Source of the DNA: an uncultured Pseudomonadota bacterium
Lineage (GTDB): Bacteria > Pseudomonadota > Alphaproteobacteria > UBA3830
Direction of reading: 5' to 3'
Assembly: GCA_902771535.1 (NCBI GenBank)
Contig: CACXWU010000003.1
Location: forward strand, 20,813-84,812
Length of the DNA stretch: 64,000 nt
The notes under the pieces are model-generated. The model was not told the origin of the DNA. It saw nothing but the letters and a program-made list of their open reading frames with translations, and searched no databases. Shown here one piece after another: positions 19,175 to 28,538 of the stretch (position 1 is its first letter; every line of letters begins with the position of its first letter). The position numbers were made by a program, and so were the translations under genes.

Positions 19175-20923
19175 ATGAAAAAAGCGCTGATTATCGCGAA
19201 CATACTGTTTGCATCGGCGACTGTGTTTGGGATGAATTCAAAATCTATTCAAACGAAAGAGGCAATCAGCCAGTCGGCAAACATGTCTCAAATGTCTTCG
19301 GTGAAGAACGAATCCCCCGACTTTTTTAAAATTCTTCAATCCTGGATAAAGGATGCTGACTGGCTATCCGAAGACGCGAAATTTATGTTCAACGAACTAG
19401 ATTTTAAAGATGTTAGGATAGCAATTAAACAGGTTTCGAAGCCCGATTTTTTGAATAAATCAAATACGAAAGATTTTTTTGATCGAATTTGGAGCAACGT
19501 TAGATCAGGAAAAGAATACGTCGATATCGTAGAAAAGGTAAGAGACAATGCCAAAAAATTTTACAAACAGGTACTGGGTGATTCTGAACAAGGAAAGGTA
19601 TTATATGAAAAAGCAGTGGAAACCATCGACACGGGAAAATACATCCAGTGTTCGAATCCGATGCAAATTAGAAATTCTTTTTTCAAACCGGGAGAGAAAA
19701 TCACTGTTCGATATTACAATGCAGATGATTTTCTTCTAACATTAATACACGAAACGGGACATGCTCTGGATTCTTTTTACAGAAGCAATAAGGGATTACC
19801 GGAATCAATTCCTCAACAACGGGAATATGTTTCAACTTTTTTTGAAACCCTATTGGCATCTCCAAATTTTAGAGGAAATCTCTATTTTTCAGATTCTTCT
19901 TTATATGGTTTGAGAATAGGAGAAATCTATTTGGACCTTCTGAAAAAGAATCTTATCAACGAACTGATGTCATTATACGATAAAGATACTTTGTTTAAAT
20001 TTTATCAAGTATTTGGCAATTTTTCTTTCACAGAAATATCTGAGGGGGAGAAAAATATTGAGTTAAACAAAGTATTAGATGATTTAGAACATAATCCGAA
20101 AACAAAACTTTTTATGGATGTAATTTATGATTTAAATAAAAGAGGAATAATTTTTAACCCAAATTATAATAACGAGAATGATCAAGAAAAAGAGATTAAA
20201 TGGCGAGAATGTTTACAACGTTTGGGTACTATACAAGGTTATGACGATCTAAAACAATTCTTACACGATGCAGATATTGGAAAGGGAATTTGGTTCAATA
20301 AAACGAGCCCTGATCAAGATGGTCATTATAGTTTATTTTCATATGATTCAGAAATAAAAAGATTTGAATTACCGAACGAATTAAAAGGAATCGATTGGAA
20401 TGAGATTTTTGGGTTTGCAAGGAATAAAGCACAAAAATTTGCAGATAATTTTGAAAAAATGATAATGACAGCTGGTTGTATGTCTGTATATCAGGAGAAT
20501 TTAAATTCATGGAGATTATGGAATTTTATAGGAAGCTCTACCAAATTGAAATTCATCGGAGTTTTTCAAAAAGTCATTCCATATTTAGGGAAATTAAATG
20601 GCTTTTTTAACAGAAAAATAGATTTGGAATTTTGGACATATATAGTTAGAATGTCGGCCGATTGTCTTCTTCCTCTCTTAAACATCTCAAACTTAGACAA
20701 TCACACCGAAGGAGCGTACAACGCGTTCCGTTTGATAAAAGAAAAAGGATATTTCGGTATGTTGGAAAACGGACAATCGCTGTCGATCGAAGAAGCTATG
20801 GAACAACTCACTAAACCAGCGGAACCTTTAAATTTGAAGGAAGAGCCTGTGAAGGAATTTCTTGAATTTTCAAGAACTGGGAAGTTAAAGAGTACGGATC
20901 CGAAAATAGTTCTTAATCAATAA
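19175..20923 (+). CDS. Secreted hypothetical protein with a zincin HExxH motif
   Basis: ATG at 19175 follows the aaaggag RBS. Signal peptide MKKALIIANILFASATVFG. A single LLTLIHETGHALD motif has acidic residues 14-20 aa downstream (gluzincin-like spacing). No other domain was recognised. Confidence 0.6.
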   Translation: MKKALIIANILFASATVFGMNSKSIQTKEAISQSANMSQMSSVKNESPDFFKILQSWIKDADWLSEDAKFMFNELDFKDVRIAIKQVSKPDFLNKSNTKDFFDRIWSNVRSGKEYVDIVEKVRDNAKKFYKQVLGDSEQGKVLYEKAVETIDTGKYIQCSNPMQIRNSFFKPGEKITVRYYNADDFLLTLIHETGHALDSFYRSNKGLPESIPQQREYVSTFFETLLASPNFRGNLYFSDSSLYGLRIGEIYLDLLKKNLINELMSLYDKDTLFKFYQVFGNFSFTEISEGEKNIELNKVLDDLEHNPKTKLFMDVIYDLNKRGIIFNPNYNNENDQEKEIKWRECLQRLGTIQGYDDLKQFLHDADIGKGIWFNKTSPDQDGHYSLFSYDSEIKRFELPNELKGIDWNEIFGFARNKAQKFADNFEKMIMTAGCMSVYQENLNSWRLWNFIGSSTKLKFIGVFQKVIPYLGKLNGFFNRKIDLEFWTYIVRMSADCLLPLLNISNLDNHTEGAYNAFRLIKEKGYFGMLENGQSLSIEEAMEQLTKPAEPLNLKEEPVKEFLEFSRTGKLKSTDPKIVLNQ

Positions 20924-20928
20924 CTATC

Positions 20929-20955
20929 AAGCCACATCTGCAGCGGATGTGGCTT
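20929..20955. terminator. Hairpin between convergent genes
   Basis: 10-bp perfect stem aagccacatc / gatgtggctt with a 7-nt loop. It sits between the 3' ends of the HExxH gene and the terminase gene. No U-tract on either side. Confidence 0.4.
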
Positions 20956-21047
20956 AAAATTCTCTAAAAGTACCCGTAAAATCATATCAGATACTGAGAC
21001 ACCGTGGAACAGATGTACTTATAACGCAGGCTTCAAGATCATCTTGG

Positions 21048-22451
21048 CTATATCAAAAACGCACGCGGAACGTAGTTGTTTGCTTCGATTTCGAACAAAT
21101 CCGTCAGAGCCCAAACCAGCGCGTCCATGCGGTCGGGCGATTTTTGCCCCAGCTCGTAGGTCGCCATCTCCATTTCCAGTTCGCGAAATTGTTTTGCGTG
21201 GAAAACCAGATTTTTCTGATACAGAATCACAACGGGCTGCGCGCGGCAGATTTTGGATTCCTTCGCCCTTACCTTCTTGATTTTGAGAGAAGGGTCTTCC
21301 CTGAGCAACACGTGGTCCAGCAAATCTCCGCCGGCGTTGGTCTCGATCACGATTTTTTTCGCGCGATATTTCTTGTAAAGATCTGCGACTTTTTTCGCCC
21401 AAATGTCAGGAGCTGCGCGCATGCTGGCGTCTTCCAGGACGAAAGCTCTGTCGTTGAAGTCTTTTCCCACAACAATTATGCCTGTCTCGTCGCTGTTTTC
21501 TCCGCCTGTCGTTGCCGGATCAACTCCGATCACAATATTATCTATGAAATGCGGCGGATCGCCATAACAATTTTCAATATCGCGCCACGACCACAGAGCG
21601 TTCGGATTATCTTCGACAATCTCGGCATAAATTTCCTGTGCTTCCAACCTGGTACCTTTTAGATATTCAAGATGCTTCAGAAATGTCGGCGAGAGATTTT
21701 TCTCATTTTCCAGAGACGAACCACGCACCGTGACGACATCCTCGCGCGCCATCAGCTCTTTTATAAATGGAATCGGACGCGGAGTTGTTGTCAGAATTAG
21801 CTTCGGATCATCTCCCATGCGCAGAGCGAAAGACAGCTGTTCGAAAGTCTCGCGCGGATGGAGAAATTTCGCAAATTCATCAATCCATGCCAAATCGAAT
21901 TGCGGCCCACGTAGCTGCTGATAATTTTCCGCTCCGTATAAAGTGGCGATAGCTCCGTTTTTCCAGCACAACTCCCTCCGCGACGGGGTGTAACTCAGTC
22001 CATCGGAATCATGCGAAATATTCTGCAGTCCGCTGACTCCCTCGACCATAACTTGCTTGGCCTCCTCAATTGTGTTGGCGATCAGCGCAATGCGCTTGTA
22101 TTTACCCGACAGAGCAAGTTTGCGGATCGCCTCCGCTGCCGCACGAGTCTTCCCGAATCCGCGTCCCGCCAAAATCATCCAGATACGCCAATCGCCCTCA
22201 GGCATCAATTGATTTTTTCTGGCTATTTGCTCCCAATCGACTAAATATTCAACAGCCTTATCAGCATTTTCTCCACCATCTGAAAAAACCCCTGAAAGTA
22301 TCCCTTTTTTATTACATCGATTTTTCTGTCCATCAATAACTTTGTTTAACATGGAATTTACCGTCACAGATATTTTTAACAGATGCATGAGATCCGAACG
22401 CTTCAGCGAATTGGACTTTTTCATCAATGTTCGAAACACATCGCTCATCAT
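21048..22451 (-). CDS. Phage/GTA-type terminase large subunit (orphan)
   Basis: 467-aa ORF with Walker A context WMILAGRGFGKTRAAAE and Walker B-like LAWIDEFA. A C-terminal nuclease-like half follows (VIGVDPA...). This resembles the RcGTA g2-type TerL common in Alphaproteobacteria. Confidence 0.8.
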   Translation of the reverse strand: MMSDVFRTLMKKSNSLKRSDLMHLLKISVTVNSMLNKVIDGQKNRCNKKGILSGVFSDGGENADKAVEYLVDWEQIARKNQLMPEGDWRIWMILAGRGFGKTRAAAEAIRKLALSGKYKRIALIANTIEEAKQVMVEGVSGLQNISHDSDGLSYTPSRRELCWKNGAIATLYGAENYQQLRGPQFDLAWIDEFAKFLHPRETFEQLSFALRMGDDPKLILTTTPRPIPFIKELMAREDVVTVRGSSLENEKNLSPTFLKHLEYLKGTRLEAQEIYAEIVEDNPNALWSWRDIENCYGDPPHFIDNIVIGVDPATTGGENSDETGIIVVGKDFNDRAFVLEDASMRAAPDIWAKKVADLYKKYRAKKIVIETNAGGDLLDHVLLREDPSLKIKKVRAKESKICRAQPVVILYQKNLVFHAKQFRELEMEMATYELGQKSPDRMDALVWALTDLFEIEANNYVPRAFLI

Positions 22452-22567
22452 AATTCATCTCCGCCTTCAATGTCTAAAAATCTAAGTAATCTATCGGCTA
22501 ACGAACTCACCAGCTTGAGCATTTCCGGCAAACTAGCCAATATCATAATTTTATTAAAAATCTTCAT
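22448..22567 (-). CDS. 39-aa ORF translationally coupled to the terminase
   Basis: A strong aaggagg RBS lies 8 nt upstream of the ATG at 22567. The product is MKIFNKIMILASLPEMLKLVSSLADRLLRFLDIEGGDEL. Its TGA overlaps the terminase ATG in an ATGA overlap. It is too short for the ORF track. Confidence 0.45.
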   Translation of the reverse strand: MKIFNKIMILASLPEMLKLVSSLADRLLRFLDIEGGDEL

Positions 22568-22840
22568 TTCACATTCCTCCTTTATCAACTAAATCGAATC
22601 TATTTTTAACCGGATACAAACCTCTAGTTGTAATCAATTATTAATCGAATATCTGCTCTCTTCTTTATTGCAAAATCGCAAAATTTTTACTCAACTCCTT
22701 GATAATTCCTCAATTTTGAAATTATCATCGTTTTCTTCTTCATTATGAAATTCACAAAAAATATAAAAATTTATCAAAATCTTTGTAAAAAATTAACTTT
22801 TATCTGCCATAAATATAACTAGAAAAACATGGTGATAATA

Positions 22841-23008
22841 ATGAACGAAGCTAAATCGAAGAAGGCGGCCCCAAAAGCCCAGGAAAAGGATGATAACATG
22901 AAAAACACAGAAATCGAAAAAGCACTCGCGAAAAACGACGAAGAGTGGCTAAAAAGAATGCTGCTGCTCGTGTTGATCATGATTATAGCACTTCTGGGAA
23001 TCGACTAA
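22841..23008 (+). CDS. 55-aa hypothetical tail-anchored membrane protein
   Basis: MNEAKSKKAAPKAQEKDD...EEWLKRMLLLVLIMIIALLGID, a charged N-terminal part followed by one C-terminal TM helix. No convincing RBS; an alternative ATG lies at 22829. Confidence 0.3.
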   Translation: MNEAKSKKAAPKAQEKDDNMKNTEIEKALAKNDEEWLKRMLLLVLIMIIALLGID

Positions 23009-23020
23009 CAGTACTCGATT

Positions 23021-23096
<76 letters not shown>

Positions 23097-23426
23097 AAAC
23101 CTTGCAACTTTTAACATTTAAAAAGTGGTGTGTCAAGCTTTCCTCTATTAGAATCTACATGTATTTTTAACGTTATATTGATTGTGGTTTCAGCACTTAG
23201 ACCTTTTTGAGATTTACGATATGGACATAAACTTTTGCTGCACGAATTTTGAACCAATAATTCTCAATTTTCTAATTTTTTACACGGTTGCTTCGGTAGC
23301 AAAATTATCTCCCTATCGAACAACTGCAAACGAGCATCAATTCTGTTCGTAATTTTTATCCTGCGCTACTTTTTTTTCAACTGACAATCAGATATACAAA
23401 CTATATAAGGATTTTCGAGGTTAAAA

Positions 23427-24068
23427 ATGTTTCCTTCTCCGAACACTTTACATCCGTTAATTTCCGGAATGACTCGCACTTGTTTTTTGAAAAATATCAT
23501 CACAAAACCAAACATTATAGTCGGAGATTATACTTACTATGATGACGAAGTTGACGTAAAGAATTTCGAGAAAAATGTCCTATATCACTACGAATTTTTA
23601 AACGACAAGCTACTCATTGGAAAATTCTGTCAGATTGCAAGCGACGTAAAATTTTTCATGAATGGAATGTTTCACATGATTGATTCGTTCAGCACATATC
23701 CGTTTATGATTTTTTCGAAGAAATGCCAAGATAAATATCCGACGGATGCGAAATTTCCGTTCAAAGGAAATACCATAGTCGGAAACGATGTCTGGATAGG
23801 TTACAACACTGCGTTTATGCCTGGAGTAAAGGTCGGAGACGGTGCGATTATCGGAGCAAACTCTCTTGTAACTAAAGACGTCGGACCATACGAAATCTGG
23901 GGAGGCAATCCTGCAAAATTGATCCGTAAAAGGTTTTCCGAAGAAATCATTGAGTTGTTGCTAAAAATTCAGTGATGGAACTGGGATATCGAAAAAATTG
24001 AAGAAAATGTCGACGTGCTAATTTCAAATGATTCCGAAAAATTGAGGAAATTGGCTCGCGAAGTATGA
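23427..24068 (+). pseudogene. vat: Vat/XAT-type hexapeptide acetyltransferase (streptogramin A acetyltransferase-like) interrupted by an in-frame TGA
   Basis: NIIVGDYTYYDD...LYHYEFLNDKLLIGKFCQIA...STYPF...GNDVWIGYN...GDGAIIGANSLV...GGNPAKLIRKRF is the Vat/XAT pattern. The ORF stops at TGA 23973-23975, yet the same frame continues with WNWDIEKIEENV... to 24068. That gives the usual family length of about 213 aa. Confidence 0.75.
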
Positions 24069-24204
24069 TTGTCTGCTAACTTAAGAACAATTCCTCGAAA
24101 TCTTAACATTCGAAAGAAAAGTAAGAGTCGCATTTTCTTTACCAATAATTAACTAATCTTTATCAGAATATCTTCGTACGGGTTTTTATGATAAGGAATA
24201 CGCC

Positions 24205-25080
24205 GTGAAACGGTGGTGTAAAACAATATTTACGAAAATAAGTAACAATGCTTTATTCTTAACTTTTTCGTTACTAGTGCCCCCAATTTCTTTGTGCGAA
24301 ACCCATTCGGCTACTGTTGAGAATTTGTATGATAAAATATATGTAATATCCTTAGATCGCACTCCGAAACGATATGCTCACGTAAAAAAGCAGTTAGATC
24401 GATTTAATTTAAAACATGAAAAATTCTCAGCAGTTGACGGTAAATTAATAACCGTAACAGATACAGAAAAAAATTTTACAATTCCTTGGGAGACGACATA
24501 TCGCAGAGGGTATCGCTATGGAGCTATACTCAAAATAAGTCAGAAACAGCAGTATAAAGATGCGGAATTCCTTTATAAACACGATCGATATACTCCGAAT
24601 TTGGGAGAGTTCGGATGTGCAATGAGTCACAGGGCTGTGTGGAGTGATGTTGTAAAGCATCATTACAAGCGAGTAATTGTTTTCGAGGATGATATTACGT
24701 TGGAAGATGATTTTTTGCAAAAACTGGCCCTAATTATGAATAATCTGCCAGATAATTTCGATGTGTTTTTTTTGGATATAGCGTCATTTGTTTCGAAAGA
24801 TATTAACTTCGTTTCTCCTGATTTTTGGTTAAGCAAATTTTCAAATACATCGTCCTCTTATTATGCAAAAGTAAAACCTAACAATGCGAATTTGTGGGGA
24901 TCGCACGGTTATATAACAACTTGCGATTCTGCCAAAAAACTTTTGGAAAAAACGAAATTTATAAACATTCCTATTGATAATTCAATTATATTTTCAGGAT
25001 TAAAATTATATATCTCAAAGATAAAACTGCTATCAGGAACTGAAGAATATTCCGTAATTCGTGAAAATAATAAAAACTAA
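24205..25080 (+). CDS. Glycosyltransferase family 25 (LOS/LPS glycosyltransferase-like)
   Basis: IYVISLDRTPKRYAHVKKQL...FSAVDG...GEFGCAMSHRAVW...VIVFEDDITLEDDF is the GT25 pattern. Only a GTG start is available. Confidence 0.8.
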   Translation: MKRWCKTIFTKISNNALFLTFSLLVPPISLCETHSATVENLYDKIYVISLDRTPKRYAHVKKQLDRFNLKHEKFSAVDGKLITVTDTEKNFTIPWETTYRRGYRYGAILKISQKQQYKDAEFLYKHDRYTPNLGEFGCAMSHRAVWSDVVKHHYKRVIVFEDDITLEDDFLQKLALIMNNLPDNFDVFFLDIASFVSKDINFVSPDFWLSKFSNTSSSYYAKVKPNNANLWGSHGYITTCDSAKKLLEKTKFINIPIDNSIIFSGLKLYISKIKLLSGTEEYSVIRENNKN

Positions 25081-25081
25081 A

Positions 25082-25873
25082 TCACTGTAATTTCAACCTT
25101 CTCTCATAAAAAAACATATACTGCTGAACGATTCCGCCGACGTCTTGCAGCCCCCAACGCTCGAGCGAAAAATCATTGCAATAGCGCGTTTCGAGAATTC
25201 TTTTTATCCAAACGTCGATTGGAAACGCCTCGATTTGATGCATTCCGAACAGCGCGATACAGTTTGCAACTTTGTCACCGACTCCGTACAAAATTTTCAG
25301 ATATTTCATCGCTTCGGAATAATTCATTTTTCTCAGTTTTTCCAAATCAAAATTTCCGTCAGATATGGCTTCTGAAATTTTCAGCAGATAATTTTTGCGA
25401 TACCCCAATTTTACGGAATCTAAATCTGCTTCGCGGAAATTCAAAAAATCGTCGGGAGTCGGAAATTTCCCTTCGTTTATGTCGCACAATTTTTTGAGAC
25501 AGTTTTTGATTCGCGGAATATTATTTTGCTGCGAAATGATGAATGAAACCATCACTTCCCAAAGATCTTGGCGGAGAATGCGTAATCCAGAACCGAATTT
25601 CACCGCCTCGATCAAATATTCGTCATTTGTCGCAAGAATTCTTTTTTTGATTTCTCCATAATCAGTTTGCAAATCGAAATAATTGAACCAAAAATCATTG
25701 AATTCTTTTTGATCGCAATAAAAAATATGAGTTCCTTCCTTTTTCCGAACTTTCAGAAAGCGATTCAGGGCAAACAGTTCCCACGTATCGTCAGTAACAC
25801 GATACATTCGGAAACATTGCCCCGACTCGGCGATCTGCGCAATATCAAAATCCTCCAGCTCGAGAGTCAGCAT
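25082..25873 (-). CDS. ogg: 8-oxoguanine DNA glycosylase / HhH-GPD family DNA glycosylase (Ogg-like)
   Basis: 263-aa ORF with the HhH-GPD motif LYGVGDKVANCIALFGMHQIEAFPIDVWIKRIL, carrying the catalytic-type Lys and Asp. Confidence 0.75.
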   Translation of the reverse strand: MLTLELEDFDIAQIAESGQCFRMYRVTDDTWELFALNRFLKVRKKEGTHIFYCDQKEFNDFWFNYFDLQTDYGEIKKRILATNDEYLIEAVKFGSGLRILRQDLWEVMVSFIISQQNNIPRIKNCLKKLCDINEGKFPTPDDFLNFREADLDSVKLGYRKNYLLKISEAISDGNFDLEKLRKMNYSEAMKYLKILYGVGDKVANCIALFGMHQIEAFPIDVWIKRILETRYCNDFSLERWGLQDVGGIVQQYMFFYERRLKLQ

Positions 25874-25876
25874 GGA

Positions 25877-28423
25877 CTAACTCAGAGAAATTTCATTGTT
25901 CGAATATTTCACCGTATATTTCGAACCCTCAACGATCTCTCCGCTGATGATTTTTTTCGCGATCAAATCGTACAAATTTTTCTGCAGCGCTCTCTTCAGC
26001 GGACGCGCTCCATAGGTCGGGTCGTATCCAATCTCGCACAGCCAATCTTTAAACGAATCATCGATTTTGAGATCTATGTGCTTTTCGCCCAATCGCCTGT
26101 TCAGTTCACGAAGTTGAATGTCCACGATGCCTCGCATATTTTGCTTCGACAAACTATTGAACACTAAAATCTCATCCAAACGATTCAGCAATTCTGGTCG
26201 GAAACTCATTCTCACAACATTCATGACTTTATCTTTCACAGTTTTCTTATCGATTTTTTCCCCCAACCCCTGCGAAAAATATTCCGACCCCAAATTCGAA
26301 GTCAGAATGATAATTGTATTTTTGAAATTCACATTGCGTCCCAATCCGTCAGTTAGATGTCCTTCATCCAACACCTGCAGCAGAATATTGAAAACGTCGT
26401 TATGAGCTTTTTCGACTTCATCGAACAGAACGACAGAATAAGGACGACGTCGCACCGCCTCGGTCAGCTCTCCGCCTTGCTCATACCCAACATATCCCGG
26501 AGGCGCTCCAATCAATCGCGACACCGAATGCTTTTCCATATACTCGGACATATCGATGCGGACCATATTGGTTTTGTCGTCGAATAAAAACTGCGCGAGA
26601 GCCTTGGACAACTCGGTCTTTCCAACCCCCGTCGGCCCGAGGAAAAGAAAAGATCCCAGTGGTTTGTTCGGGTCGGAAATTCCCGCGCGCGACCGACGAA
26701 TACAATCGGCGATGGCGTCAACCGCATCGTCTTGCCCGACAACACTCTCTTTCAGTTTTGATTCAATTGACAAGAGTTTCTCTTTTTCCCCCATCAGCAT
26801 TTTTTCCACGGGAATTCCCGTCCAGCGAGATACCACCACAGCGATATCATCGGAAGTCACCTCATTGCGTTTCTGATTTTTCGATTCTAATTTTTGGCAT
26901 TCAGCTAATTTTTTCTCCAAATCAGGAAGCTTGCTGTAAAGCAACTCACCTGCCCTCGCGAAATCAGCATTTCGTTGAGCAACCTCTGCCAAATTTTTCG
27001 TCTCGTCGATTTTTTCCTTGAGAATTTTAATCTCGTCGATATTTTTCTTCTCGAGATTCCATTTTGCGTTGAGATCAGCCGACTTTTTCTCCAGTTCTGC
27101 CAATTCTTTCTGTAATTTCTGGAGCCGTTCCTTGGATGCGTCATCCGACTCCTTTCTCAAAACCTCCTGCTCAATTTTCAGCTGCATGATTTTGCGATCA
27201 AGCTCGTCGATTTCTTCCGGCTTAGAATCCAAAACCATTTTCAAACGACTGGCGGCTTCATCCATGAGGTCAATCGCCTTGTCCGGAAGAAATCTGTCGC
27301 TGATATATCTGTTGGAATAATTGCAAGCCGAAATAATCGCCGAATCGCTGATACGAACACCGTGATGCAATTCATATTTTTCCTTCAGACCGCGCAAAAT
27401 CGAAATTGAATCCTCAACTGTCGGCTCCGTAACGAATACCGGCTGAAACCTCCGCGCGAAAGCCGAATCTTTTTCGATATATTTTCGATATTCATCGAGA
27501 GTAGTCGACCCGATGCAACGCAATTCGCCTCGCGCTAAAGCAGGTTTCAGCATATTGGACGCATCCATCGCACCGTCCTGCCCCGCTCCCATTAACGTGT
27601 GGATTTCATCAATAAACAAAACTATATTTTCGTTGTTAGAAACCTCTTTGAGCACAGCTTTCAGACGCTCTTCAAACTCTCCGCGAAATTTAGCTCCGGC
27701 GATCAGCTGCCCGACATCCAGCGACATAATTTTTTTATTTTTTACAGAATCCGGAACGTCATTTTTAATGATACGATTGGCCAGCCCTTCAACAATTGCC
27801 GTTTTTCCTACACCAGGCTCCCCGATCAGAATAGGATTATTTTTCGTTCGACGAGACAGCACCTGAATTGTTCGACGAATTTCTTCATCTCGCCCGATAA
27901 CAGGGTCCAATTTCCCTTTGCTTGCCGCATCAGTGATATCTTTTGCGTAGCGATTCAGCGCATCGAATTCCGACTCGGCATTTTCTGAATTTACCTTATT
28001 ATTCATCCTAATACCTCCGATTGTTTTTTCTAACTTATCCAGATTGCCTCCGCATTGGATAAAAAATGGTTTAATTTTCTCGCTCGACAGTACACAAAAA
28101 ATCAGATTATCCAACCCGATGTATTTATCCCCAAACTTTTGTGCTCTTTTGTCCGCATCATTCAGAACCTGATATAATTCGCCGGATAAACTGAGTTGTG
28201 CGTTTCCGTAAACCTGCGGAATTTTATCGATTTCCTTGTCGCAAAAATTCTCCAACTGACTTTTATTTATTCCCTGCAGAACTTTATCCGTAAGATAATC
28301 GTTCTGTTGCAATACAGATTTCAAAACATGAAAAGGCGTAAGTACTTGCTGCTGCTTCGCCTTGGCATATTCCTGAGCGGACTGAAACACCATAATAACA
28401 GACTGAGTCATATTCTGATTCAT
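25877..28423 (-). CDS. clpB: ATP-dependent chaperone ClpB
   Basis: Two AAA+ modules ([15 protein letters not shown] and [15 protein letters not shown]) are separated by a long coiled-coil M-domain. The start is placed at ATG 28423 behind GGAGG; the track start at 28444 is an extension. Confidence 0.95.
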   Translation of the reverse strand: MNQNMTQSVIMVFQSAQEYAKAKQQQVLTPFHVLKSVLQQNDYLTDKVLQGINKSQLENFCDKEIDKIPQVYGNAQLSLSGELYQVLNDADKRAQKFGDKYIGLDNLIFCVLSSEKIKPFFIQCGGNLDKLEKTIGGIRMNNKVNSENAESEFDALNRYAKDITDAASKGKLDPVIGRDEEIRRTIQVLSRRTKNNPILIGEPGVGKTAIVEGLANRIIKNDVPDSVKNKKIMSLDVGQLIAGAKFRGEFEERLKAVLKEVSNNENIVLFIDEIHTLMGAGQDGAMDASNMLKPALARGELRCIGSTTLDEYRKYIEKDSAFARRFQPVFVTEPTVEDSISILRGLKEKYELHHGVRISDSAIISACNYSNRYISDRFLPDKAIDLMDEAASRLKMVLDSKPEEIDELDRKIMQLKIEQEVLRKESDDASKERLQKLQKELAELEKKSADLNAKWNLEKKNIDEIKILKEKIDETKNLAEVAQRNADFARAGELLYSKLPDLEKKLAECQKLESKNQKRNEVTSDDIAVVVSRWTGIPVEKMLMGEKEKLLSIESKLKESVVGQDDAVDAIADCIRRSRAGISDPNKPLGSFLFLGPTGVGKTELSKALAQFLFDDKTNMVRIDMSEYMEKHSVSRLIGAPPGYVGYEQGGELTEAVRRRPYSVVLFDEVEKAHNDVFNILLQVLDEGHLTDGLGRNVNFKNTIIILTSNLGSEYFSQGLGEKIDKKTVKDKVMNVVRMSFRPELLNRLDEILVFNSLSKQNMRGIVDIQLRELNRRLGEKHIDLKIDDSFKDWLCEIGYDPTYGARPLKRALQKNLYDLIAKKIISGEIVEGSKYTVKYSNNEISLS

Positions 28424-28538
28424 AACCCCTCCATTCCGCGACACAGGGAATTATATCACTTTTTCTAAAAAATTTCAGGATTTTCACTTTTGATTAACTT
28501 CTATTTGCTACCTTTGTTTCATGTTAGTGGAGGTAGTA

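Noticed and set aside
23100-23426. A 43-aa ORF (from ATG 23221) and possible ncRNA in the 330-bp spacer between tRNA-Lys and the vat gene.
   Set aside because: There is no RBS, no conserved structure, and no terminator or promoter pair that I could define. It is probably decayed island DNA.
23973-23975. TGA decoded as Trp (genetic code 4) as the explanation for the Vat in-frame stop.
   Set aside because: TGA ends other well-delimited genes here, such as LRR paralog 3 at 8576-8578, iscA at 39637-39639 and the 39-aa ORF. Long conserved genes such as the RND pump, clpB and polA are uninterrupted, with Trp encoded by TGG. A single nonsense change or a sequencing error is more parsimonious.
25667-27988. 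Plus-strand ORFs across the ogg/clpB region (25667-26167, 26556-27021, 27513-27988 and others).
   Set aside because: They are antisense to ClpB and Ogg, have low-complexity products and lack start signals.
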